In this document: piece after piece, positions 29,897 through 39,275 of the stretch
Position numbering within the stretch: position 1 is the first letter of the stretch
Layout: the number at the start of each line of letters is the position of its first letter
Origin: an uncultured bacterium
GTDB taxonomy: Bacteria; Omnitrophota; Omnitrophia; Omnitrophales; Abzuiibacteriaceae
Assembly (NCBI GenBank): GCA_964387845.1
Contig: CAYLXA010000003.1
Location: 160,001 to 224,000, forward strand
Length of the DNA stretch: 64,000 nucleotides
Direction: 5' to 3'
Position numbers and translations under genes: made by a program
Notes under the pieces: model-generated
What the model saw: only the letters and a program-made list of their open reading frames with translations
Database searches by the model: none
Told to the model about the DNA's origin: nothing

Positions 29897-31096
29897 ATGC
29901 CGAAAACTATATCACCCAATCGGTTTAGCAAAATGAACAAAAAATGGACTAAAAACACCTCAAAATACCTTATTCCCGGCTGCTTGGCAATTTGCCTGCT
30001 TTTTTTGGTATCGGGCTGCGGCGAGAATAAAAATGGGGCCCCAATCGTTAAAATCGGCTGCGCAGCGCCCCTGACAGGCGATCAGGCACAAATCGGTATC
30101 GATATGTGCAACGGCGTGCGGCTTGCGATTGACCACGCAAACGAAAAGCAAATAGGAATCCCCGGCCACAAAATCGAAATATTTGCGCTCGATGACCAGC
30201 ATAATCCCGCGCAGGCCGTTAATGTTTCCAAAAAGTTTGTATCTGATTTGAATGTCGCAGCGGTTGTGGGCCATTTTAATTCAAGCTGCACAAAACCAAC
30301 CTCTGCGGTTTATCACGAAGCCGGCATGACGCAAATCACGCCCGCTTCAACCAATCCTGAATTATCCAAGCAGGGTTTCAAGACATTTTTCCGGATCGCC
30401 GCAACGGATGATGTGCAGGGCCCGAAAGGCGCCGAATTCGCGGCGCGCGAGCTCGGCGTAAAGAAAGTATTCATCATTGATGACAAAACCACTTACGGAA
30501 AAGGCCTTGCCGATGAATTTGAAAAGCGTGCGCGGTCGCTTGAGATCGAAGTTTTGGGCCACGAAGGTATTACGCAAGGCGATAAAGATTTCAAGCCGCT
30601 TTTAACAAAAATCAAGCCCTTAGCGCCGGATTTGATTTATTTCGGCGGTATTTATCCAGAAGGCGCTTTGCTTTTGAGGCAGGCGCGCTCGCTTGAACTC
30701 CCGGCGCCTTTTATGGGCGGCGACGGTATCGCGACTCCTATTTTCATTGAACTCGCGAGCCCGGCGTTAAGCGAAGGAACTTATGCGACGATGGTCGGCG
30801 GCGATATGAAAAAAGTGCCAAGTGCCGCAGAATTCATCAAATCTTATGAAGCGCGCTACGGAGAAATTGGCCAGTGGTCTGCGTATGGCTACGATGCGGC
30901 GAATATTTTGATTCAGGCGATCCAAAAAGCAGGCACGAAAGACCGCAAAGCGGTTTTGAAAGCAATGCGCGAATTTCCTTCCTTTCAGGGCGTCACAGGT
31001 GAGGTTGTTTTCGATAAACGCGGCGATAACGAGAAGCAATTTATCGGCGTTTTCAAAGTCGAGAACGGCAAACTGGTGTACGTAGGCCCCGCGTAA
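29897..31096 (+). CDS. Branched-chain amino acid ABC transporter substrate-binding lipoprotein (LivJ/K family)
   Basis: Lipobox LVSGC and type I periplasmic binding-protein fold. First gene of a five-gene Liv-type operon. Confidence 0.85.
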   Translation: MPKTISPNRFSKMNKKWTKNTSKYLIPGCLAICLLFLVSGCGENKNGAPIVKIGCAAPLTGDQAQIGIDMCNGVRLAIDHANEKQIGIPGHKIEIFALDDQHNPAQAVNVSKKFVSDLNVAAVVGHFNSSCTKPTSAVYHEAGMTQITPASTNPELSKQGFKTFFRIAATDDVQGPKGAEFAARELGVKKVFIIDDKTTYGKGLADEFEKRARSLEIEVLGHEGITQGDKDFKPLLTKIKPLAPDLIYFGGIYPEGALLLRQARSLELPAPFMGGDGIATPIFIELASPALSEGTYATMVGGDMKKVPSAAEFIKSYEARYGEIGQWSAYGYDAANILIQAIQKAGTKDRKAVLKAMREFPSFQGVTGEVVFDKRGDNEKQFIGVFKVENGKLVYVGPA

Positions 31097-31107
31097 TTTC
31101 CAACCGT

Positions 31108-32019
31108 ATGGACGGCGTTTTCCTCCAGCAACTTGCAAACGGCCTCACAATCGGCATGATTTATGCGCTGATTGCGCTCGGCTATACGATGGTGTACGGC
31201 ATCGCCCAGCTCATCAATTTTGCGCACGGCGAAGTGTTTATGGTCGGCGCTTATCTCGGGCTTTTGGCGAACATGATTCTGCAGAGTTTTTTCCCGGATT
31301 CTCCCGAAACAATTTTTTTAGTGACCATTATTTTCATATTTTCGATGGCGGGCACCGGGCTTCTCGGAATCGTAATTGAACGTTTTGCTTATCGGCCGCT
31401 TCGGAACGCCCCTCGCCTCGCGCCGCTCATTACGGCGATCGGCGTTTCATTTTTGCTTCAAAATGCGGTCATGATTCTATTCGGGCCTCAGGACAGGCCT
31501 TTTCCGGGTTTAATTGAAGTCGAGACTTATAATTTTGCGGGCGTCACGATTACAAAACTTCAAATTTTAATCGCGGTTGTTTCCGTTGCGCTCATGCTGA
31601 TCCTGCATGGTTTCATTAAAAATACGCGCACCGGGAAAGCCATGCGCGCGCTGGCGGATGATTATCAGGCCGCAAGTCTCGTAGGCATTAACACCAACCG
31701 AACAATTGCAGCTGCATTTTTAATTGGCTCAAGTCTTGCCGGTGCAGGGGGTGTCATGTTCGGCATGTACTACAACACGATTAATTTTCACGACGGCTAT
31801 TTGGCGGGCCTCAAAGCATTCACGGCGGCTGTTCTGGGCGGAATAGGAAACATTCCGGGCGCCATGATTGGCGGGCTTTTGCTGGGCGTCTTGGAAGGCC
31901 TCGCGGCGGGTTATTTATCATCCGAATGGAAAAACGTGTTCGCGTTTTTTGTGTTGATCCTAATCCTGCTCTTCCGCCCATCAGGGCTCTTGGGATCGCG
32001 CGTGGTGAAAAAGGTCTAG
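31108..32019 (+). CDS. livH: Branched-chain amino acid ABC transporter permease LivH
   Basis: Polytopic membrane protein of the LivH family, in operon context. Confidence 0.85.
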   Translation: MDGVFLQQLANGLTIGMIYALIALGYTMVYGIAQLINFAHGEVFMVGAYLGLLANMILQSFFPDSPETIFLVTIIFIFSMAGTGLLGIVIERFAYRPLRNAPRLAPLITAIGVSFLLQNAVMILFGPQDRPFPGLIEVETYNFAGVTITKLQILIAVVSVALMLILHGFIKNTRTGKAMRALADDYQAASLVGINTNRTIAAAFLIGSSLAGAGGVMFGMYYNTINFHDGYLAGLKAFTAAVLGGIGNIPGAMIGGLLLGVLEGLAAGYLSSEWKNVFAFFVLILILLFRPSGLLGSRVVKKV

Positions 32020-32022
32020 CAT

Positions 32023-33006
32023 ATGAAGAATAAATCTGAAACCCACGCAAAAAAATGGTTTCCCAAGAATTTCCAAATCTCGTTTTTGATTCTTATTGTT
32101 TTGCTTTATCCTTTTGTTGATCAAAATCCTTATCACATTGATGTTCTCGTCACCGCAGGAATTTTTATGCTGCTTTCGCTCGGCCTCAATGTGATTGTGG
32201 GCTACGCGGGAATCCTCAATCTGGGTTATGCCGCACTTTTTGCCGTCGGTGCTTACACGTATGCACTTTTCAATATTCATTTCAACATTCCGTTTTGGGC
32301 GGGCATGTGGGTGAGTGCCATCAGCACCGCGGTTTTCGGCATGATGCTTGCGTTTCCGGCGCTCCGGCTCGGCGGCGATTATTTGGCGATCGTGACGCTC
32401 GGCGCAGGTGAAATTGTCCGGATCGTGCTCAATAATTTGGAAATTACAGGAGGCCCGAACGGCTTGCTGGGAATCGACCATCCGACACTTTGGTTCGTGA
32501 ATTACGATTTCGGCGTTGCTTCGATGCCGTATTATTTTTTAATTTATACTTCGGTTGCCGTTGTTATTTTCTTCTTGCGGCGGCTCGAATCATCGCGGCT
32601 TGGCCGCGCGTGGGTCGCGATGCGCGAAGATGAGCTTGCGGCATCCTGCATGGGGATTAATTTAATGTGGGCCAAATTGTCTTCATTTGCGATCGGCGGG
32701 TTTATTGCCGGAATTGCGGGCGCTATTTTTGCGTCGAAACAGGGAACCGTTTCGCCCGACAGTTTCGATTTTATTGTTTCCGTGATGGTGCTTTCGATGG
32801 TGGTATTGGGCGGCTTGGGCAGCATCCGCGGCGTGGTTTTAGGCGCGTTTGCGCTGAGTCTTTTGCCCGAACTTTTGCGGGGATTTGAAGTTTACCGGAT
32901 GCTGCTTTTCGGCCTCGCGATGATTTTGATTATGATTCTCAGGCCGCAGGGAATTTTGGGCGAGCTTCATCACAAAGAAGAATTTCTTGAGAAGAATAAA
33001 AAATGA
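32023..33006 (+). CDS. livM: Branched-chain amino acid ABC transporter permease LivM
   Basis: LivM-type permease, in operon context. Confidence 0.85.
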   Translation: MKNKSETHAKKWFPKNFQISFLILIVLLYPFVDQNPYHIDVLVTAGIFMLLSLGLNVIVGYAGILNLGYAALFAVGAYTYALFNIHFNIPFWAGMWVSAISTAVFGMMLAFPALRLGGDYLAIVTLGAGEIVRIVLNNLEITGGPNGLLGIDHPTLWFVNYDFGVASMPYYFLIYTSVAVVIFFLRRLESSRLGRAWVAMREDELAASCMGINLMWAKLSSFAIGGFIAGIAGAIFASKQGTVSPDSFDFIVSVMVLSMVVLGGLGSIRGVVLGAFALSLLPELLRGFEVYRMLLFGLAMILIMILRPQGILGELHHKEEFLEKNKK

Positions 33007-33797
33007 AAAAAGCCGATTCACTTTCGAAATTTCCGCTTCTGACCGTCGACGGTATCACCAAGCGTTTCGGCGGCGTTACCGCGATTGAAAATTTGAGCTT
33101 TACGGTTGATCACGGGAAAATCATCGGCCTGATCGGCCCCAATGGTGCAGGAAAAACCACGCTTTTTAATTGTATTACGGGCCTTTATGCTCCCGACGGA
33201 GGGTCCATTGCTTTGGGTGATTTTCAAACGTCGCTCAACCGTCTTTATCCTTATGAAATCGCGCGGCGCGGGATTGCGCGCACGTTCCAAACCATTCGGC
33301 TTTTTAAACACATGACGGCGCTTGAAAATGTAATGGTCGGTGCACACACAAAAACGCGGGCGGGAATTTTTGATGCGCTTTTGCAGCCCAAATGGGTTAG
33401 GGTTCAGGAAAAAAAGCTCAGGCAAAATGCACACCGGCTGCTTCATTTTTTCAAACTTGATTCCAAGGCAAACGAACTCGCCTGTAATTTATCCTACGGC
33501 CACCAGCGGAAACTCGAAATTGCCCGCGCGCTGGCCTCAGGGCCGAAACTTTTGCTTTTGGATGAACCGGCAGCCGGCATGAATCCGCGCGAGAAAGAAG
33601 AACTTTTGGATTTGATTCGTGCGATCCGCGACCGGGGAATTTCGATTTTATTAATCGAACACGATATGAAATTCATCATGCCGGTTTCCGAGCATGTGAT
33701 TGTTTTGGATTACGGGAAAAAATTGGCGGAAGGAAAGCCGAAAGAAGTGCAGCACAATCCTCTTGTCATCGAAGCTTATTTGGGAAAACGGAATTAA
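33003..33797 (+). CDS. livG: ABC transporter ATP-binding protein LivG
   Basis: Walker A GPNGAGKTT, ABC signature LSYGHQRKLEIARAL, Walker B LLLDEPAAG. Confidence 0.9.
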   Translation: MKKADSLSKFPLLTVDGITKRFGGVTAIENLSFTVDHGKIIGLIGPNGAGKTTLFNCITGLYAPDGGSIALGDFQTSLNRLYPYEIARRGIARTFQTIRLFKHMTALENVMVGAHTKTRAGIFDALLQPKWVRVQEKKLRQNAHRLLHFFKLDSKANELACNLSYGHQRKLEIARALASGPKLLLLDEPAAGMNPREKEELLDLIRAIRDRGISILLIEHDMKFIMPVSEHVIVLDYGKKLAEGKPKEVQHNPLVIEAYLGKRN

Positions 33798-34508
33798 ATG
33801 AATTTACTCGAAGTCTCGGACTTGCACTCGGGTTACGGAAAAATCGAAATCCTGAAAGGAATCGACATTCAGGTTCCGATCGGTAAAATCGTGTCTTTGA
33901 TCGGTTCTAACGGCGCCGGCAAATCGACTTTTCTGATGACACTCTCGGGAATTGTGAAAACCCGGAAGGGGAAAATTAAATTCGGCGGAAAAATAATTCA
34001 TGATCTCGCGCCGGATGAAATCGTAAAGCTCGGCGTTACACAGGTTCCGGAAGGCCGGCGGATTTTTCCGCGTTTGACGGTCGAAGAAAATCTCGACATG
34101 GGCGCTTATACACGCCGCGGCCCCTGCGACCTCAAAAAAGAATGCGATGAAATCTTCGGCCTTTTCCCGATATTAAAGGAACGTTTGAAATCTTTGGCCG
34201 GAAACTTAAGCGGCGGCGAGCAGCAAATGCTGGCGATGGGAAGGGCTTTAATGGCCCATCCGAAATTTTTGCTGCTGGATGAGCCCAGCCTCGGCCTTGC
34301 GCCGAAAATGGCCGAGCTTATTTTTTCGCTCATTAAGAAAATTAATAAAAAAGGAATTACTATTTTGCTTGTAGAGCAAAATGCCTGGAAAGCGCTCGAA
34401 CTTGCCGATTACGCTTATGTGATCGAAGGCGGCAAGATCCAGATGGAGGGTGAAGGCGAAAAGCTTCTCAAAGACCCGACCGTTAAGAGCAGTTACTTAG
34501 GAGAATGA
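33798..34508 (+). CDS. livF: ABC transporter ATP-binding protein LivF
   Basis: Walker A GSNGAGKST, signature LSGGEQQMLAMGRAL, Walker B LLLDEPS. Confidence 0.9.
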   Translation: MNLLEVSDLHSGYGKIEILKGIDIQVPIGKIVSLIGSNGAGKSTFLMTLSGIVKTRKGKIKFGGKIIHDLAPDEIVKLGVTQVPEGRRIFPRLTVEENLDMGAYTRRGPCDLKKECDEIFGLFPILKERLKSLAGNLSGGEQQMLAMGRALMAHPKFLLLDEPSLGLAPKMAELIFSLIKKINKKGITILLVEQNAWKALELADYAYVIEGGKIQMEGEGEKLLKDPTVKSSYLGE

Positions 34509-34547
34509 GTTTTAGGTTTTTAACCGATTTACCTATATAATACACAA

Positions 34548-35813
34548 ATGACCTCACACGCAGAAAGTACGCCATCGGGTTTTTACGGTCTCGGTATTGC
34601 TCCCAAGATTTTGGAAATCCTGGACAAAATGAAATTTGTAACGCCGACGCCGATTCAGCACAAAGCGATTCCCATCGGTATCGAAGGGAAGGATATCGTC
34701 GGTATCGCACAAACCGGAACCGGAAAAACACTCGCATTTTCGATTCCCATTATTCAGCGCCTTGCGCAAAAGAAAGGCCGCGCACTGATTTTGGTGCCGA
34801 CCCGTGAACTTGCACTTCAGGTGGATGAGACCGTTCAAAAGCTGGCGCCTCATTTCAGCCTCAAATCCGCCGTTTTAATCGGCGGTGCTTCGATGCACTT
34901 GCAAATTCAGGCCTTGCGGCGGAATCCGCGCATCATCATCGCAACGCCGGGGCGTTTAATCGATCACATTGAACAGCGGACAATCATGTTGGGCGATGTG
35001 AATGTGCTCGTGCTGGATGAAGCCGACCGGATGCTCGACATGGGATTTAAGCCTCAGATTGAGCGTATTTTAAAGTCGATTCCAAAAGACAGGCAAACCA
35101 TGCTGTTTTCGGCGACGATGCCCGGTGAAATCGTGCAAATCGCAAATTCTTATATGCAGCTTCCGGTCAGGACCGAAATTGCGCCGGCCGGCACTGCTGC
35201 CGAGAAAGTTTCGCAGGAAATATTCATCGTGCGCCGCAATTCAAAGAGTGACCTCTTGCGCCGGATTTTGGATCAGTACCGCGGCACGGTTTTACTTTTT
35301 ATCCGGACCAAGATCGGCGCCACACAAATTACGCGCGCCATCCGCCACATGGGCCATCATGTTGCCGAAATTCATTCCGATCGGTCACTTGGCCAGCGCC
35401 GCGAAGCCCTGGACGGTTTTAAATCCGGCAAATACCGCATTTTAGTCGCCACCGACATTGCTGCGCGCGGGATTGACGTGACCGGAATTGAACTGGTTCT
35501 GAACTACGATTTGCCGGAAGACGCTGAAAATTATGTGCACCGGATCGGCCGCACAGGGCGCGCAGGCTCCGAAGGTCACGCGATTTCGTTTGCAACGCCC
35601 GATCAAGGCGATGACGTTAAAAATATCGAAAAGCTGATCCGCTCCGCGATTCCTATTTCAGAACACCCCGAGTTTCCTCCCGAAACTTTTTCTGATCTAC
35701 CAGTTGCCAAAAGCCATCACCGCGGCCGTAGACCAGGCGGACATGGCGGCGGAAGGCCGTTTGGAAAACCGCACGGCGGCGGCAACCGATTTGGACGCAG
35801 ACGTTTTCGCTAA
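34548..35813 (+). CDS. rhlE: DEAD-box ATP-dependent RNA helicase (RhlE-like)
   Basis: Q-motif, AQTGTGKT, DEAD (VLVLDEADRM), SAT, HRIGRTGRAG, and a basic Gly/Arg-rich C-terminal tail. Confidence 0.9.
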   Translation: MTSHAESTPSGFYGLGIAPKILEILDKMKFVTPTPIQHKAIPIGIEGKDIVGIAQTGTGKTLAFSIPIIQRLAQKKGRALILVPTRELALQVDETVQKLAPHFSLKSAVLIGGASMHLQIQALRRNPRIIIATPGRLIDHIEQRTIMLGDVNVLVLDEADRMLDMGFKPQIERILKSIPKDRQTMLFSATMPGEIVQIANSYMQLPVRTEIAPAGTAAEKVSQEIFIVRRNSKSDLLRRILDQYRGTVLLFIRTKIGATQITRAIRHMGHHVAEIHSDRSLGQRREALDGFKSGKYRILVATDIAARGIDVTGIELVLNYDLPEDAENYVHRIGRTGRAGSEGHAISFATPDQGDDVKNIEKLIRSAIPISEHPEFPPETFSDLPVAKSHHRGRRPGGHGGGRPFGKPHGGGNRFGRRRFR

Positions 35814-35818
35814 TCCAC

Positions 35819-36157
35819 ATGGAAAAGAAGTACAAGCGGATGCTCGCCGGCATGGCGCGCAAATTAAAATCCAAACGTAAAAAGTCCGGCCGGGAGCCGT
35901 GGTTTCTGTATATTTTGGAGTGTAATGGCGGCACATTTTACACAGGCGTCACAAAGGACCTTGAGCGCCGTTTAAAAATGCACAACTCCGGGAAGGCATC
36001 ACGTTACACCCGCGTTCATTTGCCGGTTAAACTTCTTTATCACGAAATCTGCAAAAATCGTACGGAAGCGCTTATTCGAGAGTGCGCCGTAAAAGCGCTC
36101 CCCAAATCAAAAAAAGCCGAGCTTGCGTATTCAAATCCGGCCCCAAAAGCGGTATAA
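35819..36157 (+). CDS. GIY-YIG nuclease-family small protein (YhbQ/UPF0213-like)
   Basis: WFLYILECNGGTFYTGVTKDLERRLKMHNSG GIY-YIG core, with a basic N-terminal extension. Confidence 0.7.
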   Translation: MEKKYKRMLAGMARKLKSKRKKSGREPWFLYILECNGGTFYTGVTKDLERRLKMHNSGKASRYTRVHLPVKLLYHEICKNRTEALIRECAVKALPKSKKAELAYSNPAPKAV

Positions 36158-36168
36158 TTCCAGTTCCT

Positions 36169-36780
36169 ATGGCAAAATCGAGTGCAACTCCGGACATTTT
36201 CAAAATCCTGGTTTATTTTTTTCTGACGGCCAGTTTGCTCACGTATTTTATCCCCGCGTTTAAAGTCGACATTCCGCCGTTTGGGCGCATTAACTGGAGC
36301 GTTCATGACGTCGTGAAAATGATTCCGAAGGGAATGTTTAGCCCAAAGCAAAAAAGCGTTCCGGAAATGCAGTTTGACTTTCTGGATATGATCAAGAAAG
36401 TGCTTCCGGAAAAGAAGCAAAAAACATTTTCTCCGGCATTTTTGGCAGGTGTTTTTATCCCGGTTGCGCTTTTAATCGCTTATGTGACGGTTTTCTTTAA
36501 TTTTTTTCTCGTACATTTGAAGAAAACCGACACACTAATTGTTTCTGCCGCGATTTCGTTTGCCGCGTCGCTTTACTCGTTGTTTGCAACTTATTATTTA
36601 AGCGTGCAGGCAAGAATGGCGTTCCAAAATGCGCTTAATAAAGCATCAGAAGGGCTTTTTGGAATAATCGCGAAAAGTTTTGTCACGAAAAATATTGTCG
36701 AGCCCGATTCCGGATTTTACATTTTGACAGCGTTTACTTTTCTGTCACTCGTAGCAGCAATTTACAAGAAACACGCCTGA
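36169..36780 (+). CDS. Hypothetical 4-TM membrane protein
   Basis: Start moved to MAKSSATP (ATG at 36169); the longer ORF-track start overlaps the GIY-YIG gene by 76 bp. Confidence 0.45.
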   Translation: MAKSSATPDIFKILVYFFLTASLLTYFIPAFKVDIPPFGRINWSVHDVVKMIPKGMFSPKQKSVPEMQFDFLDMIKKVLPEKKQKTFSPAFLAGVFIPVALLIAYVTVFFNFFLVHLKKTDTLIVSAAISFAASLYSLFATYYLSVQARMAFQNALNKASEGLFGIIAKSFVTKNIVEPDSGFYILTAFTFLSLVAAIYKKHA

Positions 36781-37112
36781 TGACATTTGCCGAGCTGATC
36801 GAAGAAATCAAAAAAGAATCGTTTGAAGAGCTGCGCCACGAGTCTGATTCGGGGATAGAATTTGTCGTCCGGAATGAAAAATTAATCAAGCTTGACCCGA
36901 CGCTTCAAAAATTTTTCGGCCCGGCAACGAAACCGGCCGGCGTTAGGCCTCGAGGCGAGGAAGATGCTTTGGCGTCAAATTTCGGCGGCGTGATGAAAAA
37001 TCAGACACTTTACGCCATCGCCCACGACGGCGTTTCACATTTGGCCATGATCTGGCCATGGGGCGACGGGCAGAAAGCAACCGTAAAAATATTCAAACTG
37101 GAGCAAGCATAA
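36780..37112 (+). CDS. Hypothetical soluble protein (110 aa)
   Basis: Start overlaps the upstream stop (ATGA), consistent with translational coupling; no family recognised. Confidence 0.4.
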   Translation: MTFAELIEEIKKESFEELRHESDSGIEFVVRNEKLIKLDPTLQKFFGPATKPAGVRPRGEEDALASNFGGVMKNQTLYAIAHDGVSHLAMIWPWGDGQKATVKIFKLEQA

Positions 37113-37113
37113 A

Positions 37114-37722
37114 ATGCAGGCAGAAATTTTAAACGAAACATTGAGAGAAAAAACACTGGAAGCTGCCAAACAACACAAACTGTCTTGGATTCAGCTCGGG
37201 CAATATTTGTACACCGTCTACAAAGATAAACATTACCGGAATTGGGGATTTTTGAATTTTGAAACTTACTGTGCAAAAGAGTTAAGGATTAAATCGACGA
37301 CCGCATCGAAACTTTTGAAGTCTTATTATTTTCTCGAAAAGCAGAAGCCGGATTTGGTAAAAGCCGATTCGGAATCAACCGCTTCGAAGCAAGCGCCTAA
37401 TTTTGAATCGGTAAATATGTTCCGCCTTGCTCAAAACAATAAAAAGTTAACATCACAGGATGTCCGCGAAATCGAAAAAGCCGTTTTTGACCATGAAAGA
37501 GAGCCGAAAGAAATCCGGGCACAGATGAAAAAGCTGCTTTCCGAGCGCGACGACCGAAGCCCGAAAGAAATCAAACAAGAACGGAGAAATTCAACGATCA
37601 AACGGTTGATTTCAACACTCATGAACGCCGAAAAAGAGCTCAAAAACGGCAATTTATTGCCCGGTTATTTGCTCGATCAAATCGGCGACCTAGTTGTGAA
37701 GTTGGAAGATCAGCTCGAATAA
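37114..37722 (+). CDS. Hypothetical protein with N-terminal putative DNA-binding helical domain and charged coiled-coil C-terminus
   Basis: …WIQLGQYLYTVYKDKHYRNWGFLNFETYCAKELRIKSTTASKLL… resembles phage/ParB-associated HTH-like domains (DUF3102-like). Start lies 1 nt after the upstream stop. Confidence 0.4.
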   Translation: MQAEILNETLREKTLEAAKQHKLSWIQLGQYLYTVYKDKHYRNWGFLNFETYCAKELRIKSTTASKLLKSYYFLEKQKPDLVKADSESTASKQAPNFESVNMFRLAQNNKKLTSQDVREIEKAVFDHEREPKEIRAQMKKLLSERDDRSPKEIKQERRNSTIKRLISTLMNAEKELKNGNLLPGYLLDQIGDLVVKLEDQLE

Positions 37723-37785
37723 AACCCCTCTTTTTTATCTGTAAATTCAGTCAAAATCTGTCAAAACAAACTTGCCGTGAGCCAC

Positions 37786-37813
37786 TGGACAAAGGCGGAA
37801 TTAGCGTTACAAT
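37786..37813 (+). promoter_or_regulatory. Sigma-70-like promoter candidate (TGGACA-N16-TACAAT) for the 37876 gene
   Basis: -35 TGGACA at 37786-91 and -10 TACAAT at 37808-13, about 60 nt upstream of the start. Confidence 0.3.
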
Positions 37814-37875
37814 AATTGGGTTTCTCAAATAGGCGGGCTCACCCGCACATCACATTCGTGAAAAGGAGAAGTTCA

Positions 37876-38268
37876 ATGAAAAGAAATTCATTAGTTTGGT
37901 TGGTATTGGCATTGTTGGTTGTTGGCATTATTCCTACAGGTTTTGCTGCCGATGAAGCAGCGCCGGCAGCAGCAGAAGCTCCCGCCGCGGCCGCTCCCGC
38001 AGTTCCGGCAATTAAGATGGTTTCGGGAACGATCACAGAAGTGTCCGGCAATTCTCTCAAGCTTGATCAGCGCGGAACCGCAGTAAGTTTGACATTGGGC
38101 GCAGAAGCTTCGATCCGCAAGGGCGCACAGACCATAGACGCGACAAAGTTAACCGTCGGTGATCAAGTGCTTGCACTCATCAGCGGTGATAATGAAGTAA
38201 AATCTCTCTTCGTGAAAACAGCGCCTGCCGCTGCAGCAGAAGCTCCGGCCGCACCAGCCGCGAATTAA
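37876..38268 (+). CDS. Small secreted protein with Ala/Pro-rich flanks around a ~70-aa central domain (unknown function)
   Basis: RBS AAAGGAGAAG. Signal peptide MKRNSLVWLVLALLVVGIIPTGFA, then (A/P/E)-rich segments at both ends (AAPAAAEAPAAAAPAVPA … APAAAAEAPAAPAAN). Confidence 0.6.
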   Translation: MKRNSLVWLVLALLVVGIIPTGFAADEAAPAAAEAPAAAAPAVPAIKMVSGTITEVSGNSLKLDQRGTAVSLTLGAEASIRKGAQTIDATKLTVGDQVLALISGDNEVKSLFVKTAPAAAAEAPAAPAAN

Positions 38269-38283
38269 TTTCTAAAATCTACG

Positions 38284-38316
38284 TAGGGGCACGGGTTATC
38301 GTGCCCCTACTTCTTT
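38284..38316 (+). terminator. Intrinsic terminator
   Basis: gtaggggcacg-ggttat-cgtgcccctac followed by ttctttt. Confidence 0.65.
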
Positions 38317-38317
38317 T

Positions 38318-39271
38318 ATGCGTTCCGAAATTAAAAACCTTCCGCCTGTTTTCCTTGAAAGATTAAAGCGCATTTTCCCGTTTTCGAAATGGGATGAGCT
38401 TGTCAATACATTCGCTCAGGAAAAACCGACGACCTTCCGTGTTAATACGCTAAAAGCCAAATCGGCGGAAATCGAAGAGAAATTGTCCGGTTCGGGATTT
38501 CAGATTCACCGCATATCTTGGTATCCGGATGCGTTTCTCATCAGAAAAGGCACGCTCCGGGATTTGCAGGCAACCGATTTTTACAAAAAAGGCGAAATCT
38601 ATGTCCAAAGCCTGCCAAGCATGATTCCGCCGCTCGTGCTTCTGCCTGCATCCGGCGATTATGTACTGGACTTGACGGCTGCGCCCGGTAGTAAAACAAC
38701 ACAAATGGCTTGCCTGATGAACGGGGAAGGAAAAATTCTGGCGAATGACAACAACAAACCGCGCTTCTTTAGATTAAAAAGCAATGTTGAATTACAAGGC
38801 GCCCCCAATATTGAACTCTCGCTTCATTACGGTGAAACATTCGGCAAAAAATTTCCGGAAACTTTCGATAAAATTTTATTGGATGCGCCTTGTAGCGCTG
38901 AAGGCCGTTTTGAGGCGTCCGAACCTTCTTCGTTTGGTTACTGGAAACCGTCAAAAGTTTATGAAATGGCAAAGAAGCAAAAGAAGCTCTTGTTTTCGGC
39001 GCTTCATGCGTTGAAGCCCGGCGGCACGCTTGTTTATTCAACTTGCACATATGCACCGGAAGAAAACGAAGGCGTTCTCAATTGGGCACTCCAGAAATTC
39101 GGCGATGCGGTCAAAGTAGAACCGGTTTCGGTTCAACTTCCTAATCAGATGTCCGGAATTACGTCATGGGAAAAGGAGAGTTTTAATCCTGCGGTTAAGA
39201 AGGCGGTCCGGATTTTACCCAATCAACAAATGGAAGGTTTTTTTATAGCGAAACTTTCGCGTTCAGCGTAA
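38318..39271 (+). CDS. NOL1/NOP2/Sun-family RNA m5C methyltransferase (RsmB/RsmF-like)
   Basis: LDLTAAPGSKTT, FDKILLDAPCSAEG and PEENE motifs. Confidence 0.75.
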   Translation: MRSEIKNLPPVFLERLKRIFPFSKWDELVNTFAQEKPTTFRVNTLKAKSAEIEEKLSGSGFQIHRISWYPDAFLIRKGTLRDLQATDFYKKGEIYVQSLPSMIPPLVLLPASGDYVLDLTAAPGSKTTQMACLMNGEGKILANDNNKPRFFRLKSNVELQGAPNIELSLHYGETFGKKFPETFDKILLDAPCSAEGRFEASEPSSFGYWKPSKVYEMAKKQKKLLFSALHALKPGGTLVYSTCTYAPEENEGVLNWALQKFGDAVKVEPVSVQLPNQMSGITSWEKESFNPAVKKAVRILPNQQMEGFFIAKLSRSA

Positions 39272-39275
39272 TCAA

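Noticed and set aside
36082-36168. Upstream extension of the membrane-protein ORF (start at 36082)
   Set aside because: It would overlap the GIY-YIG gene by 76 bp in another frame. An ATG at 36169 just after the upstream stop gives a sensible start (MAKSSATP…).
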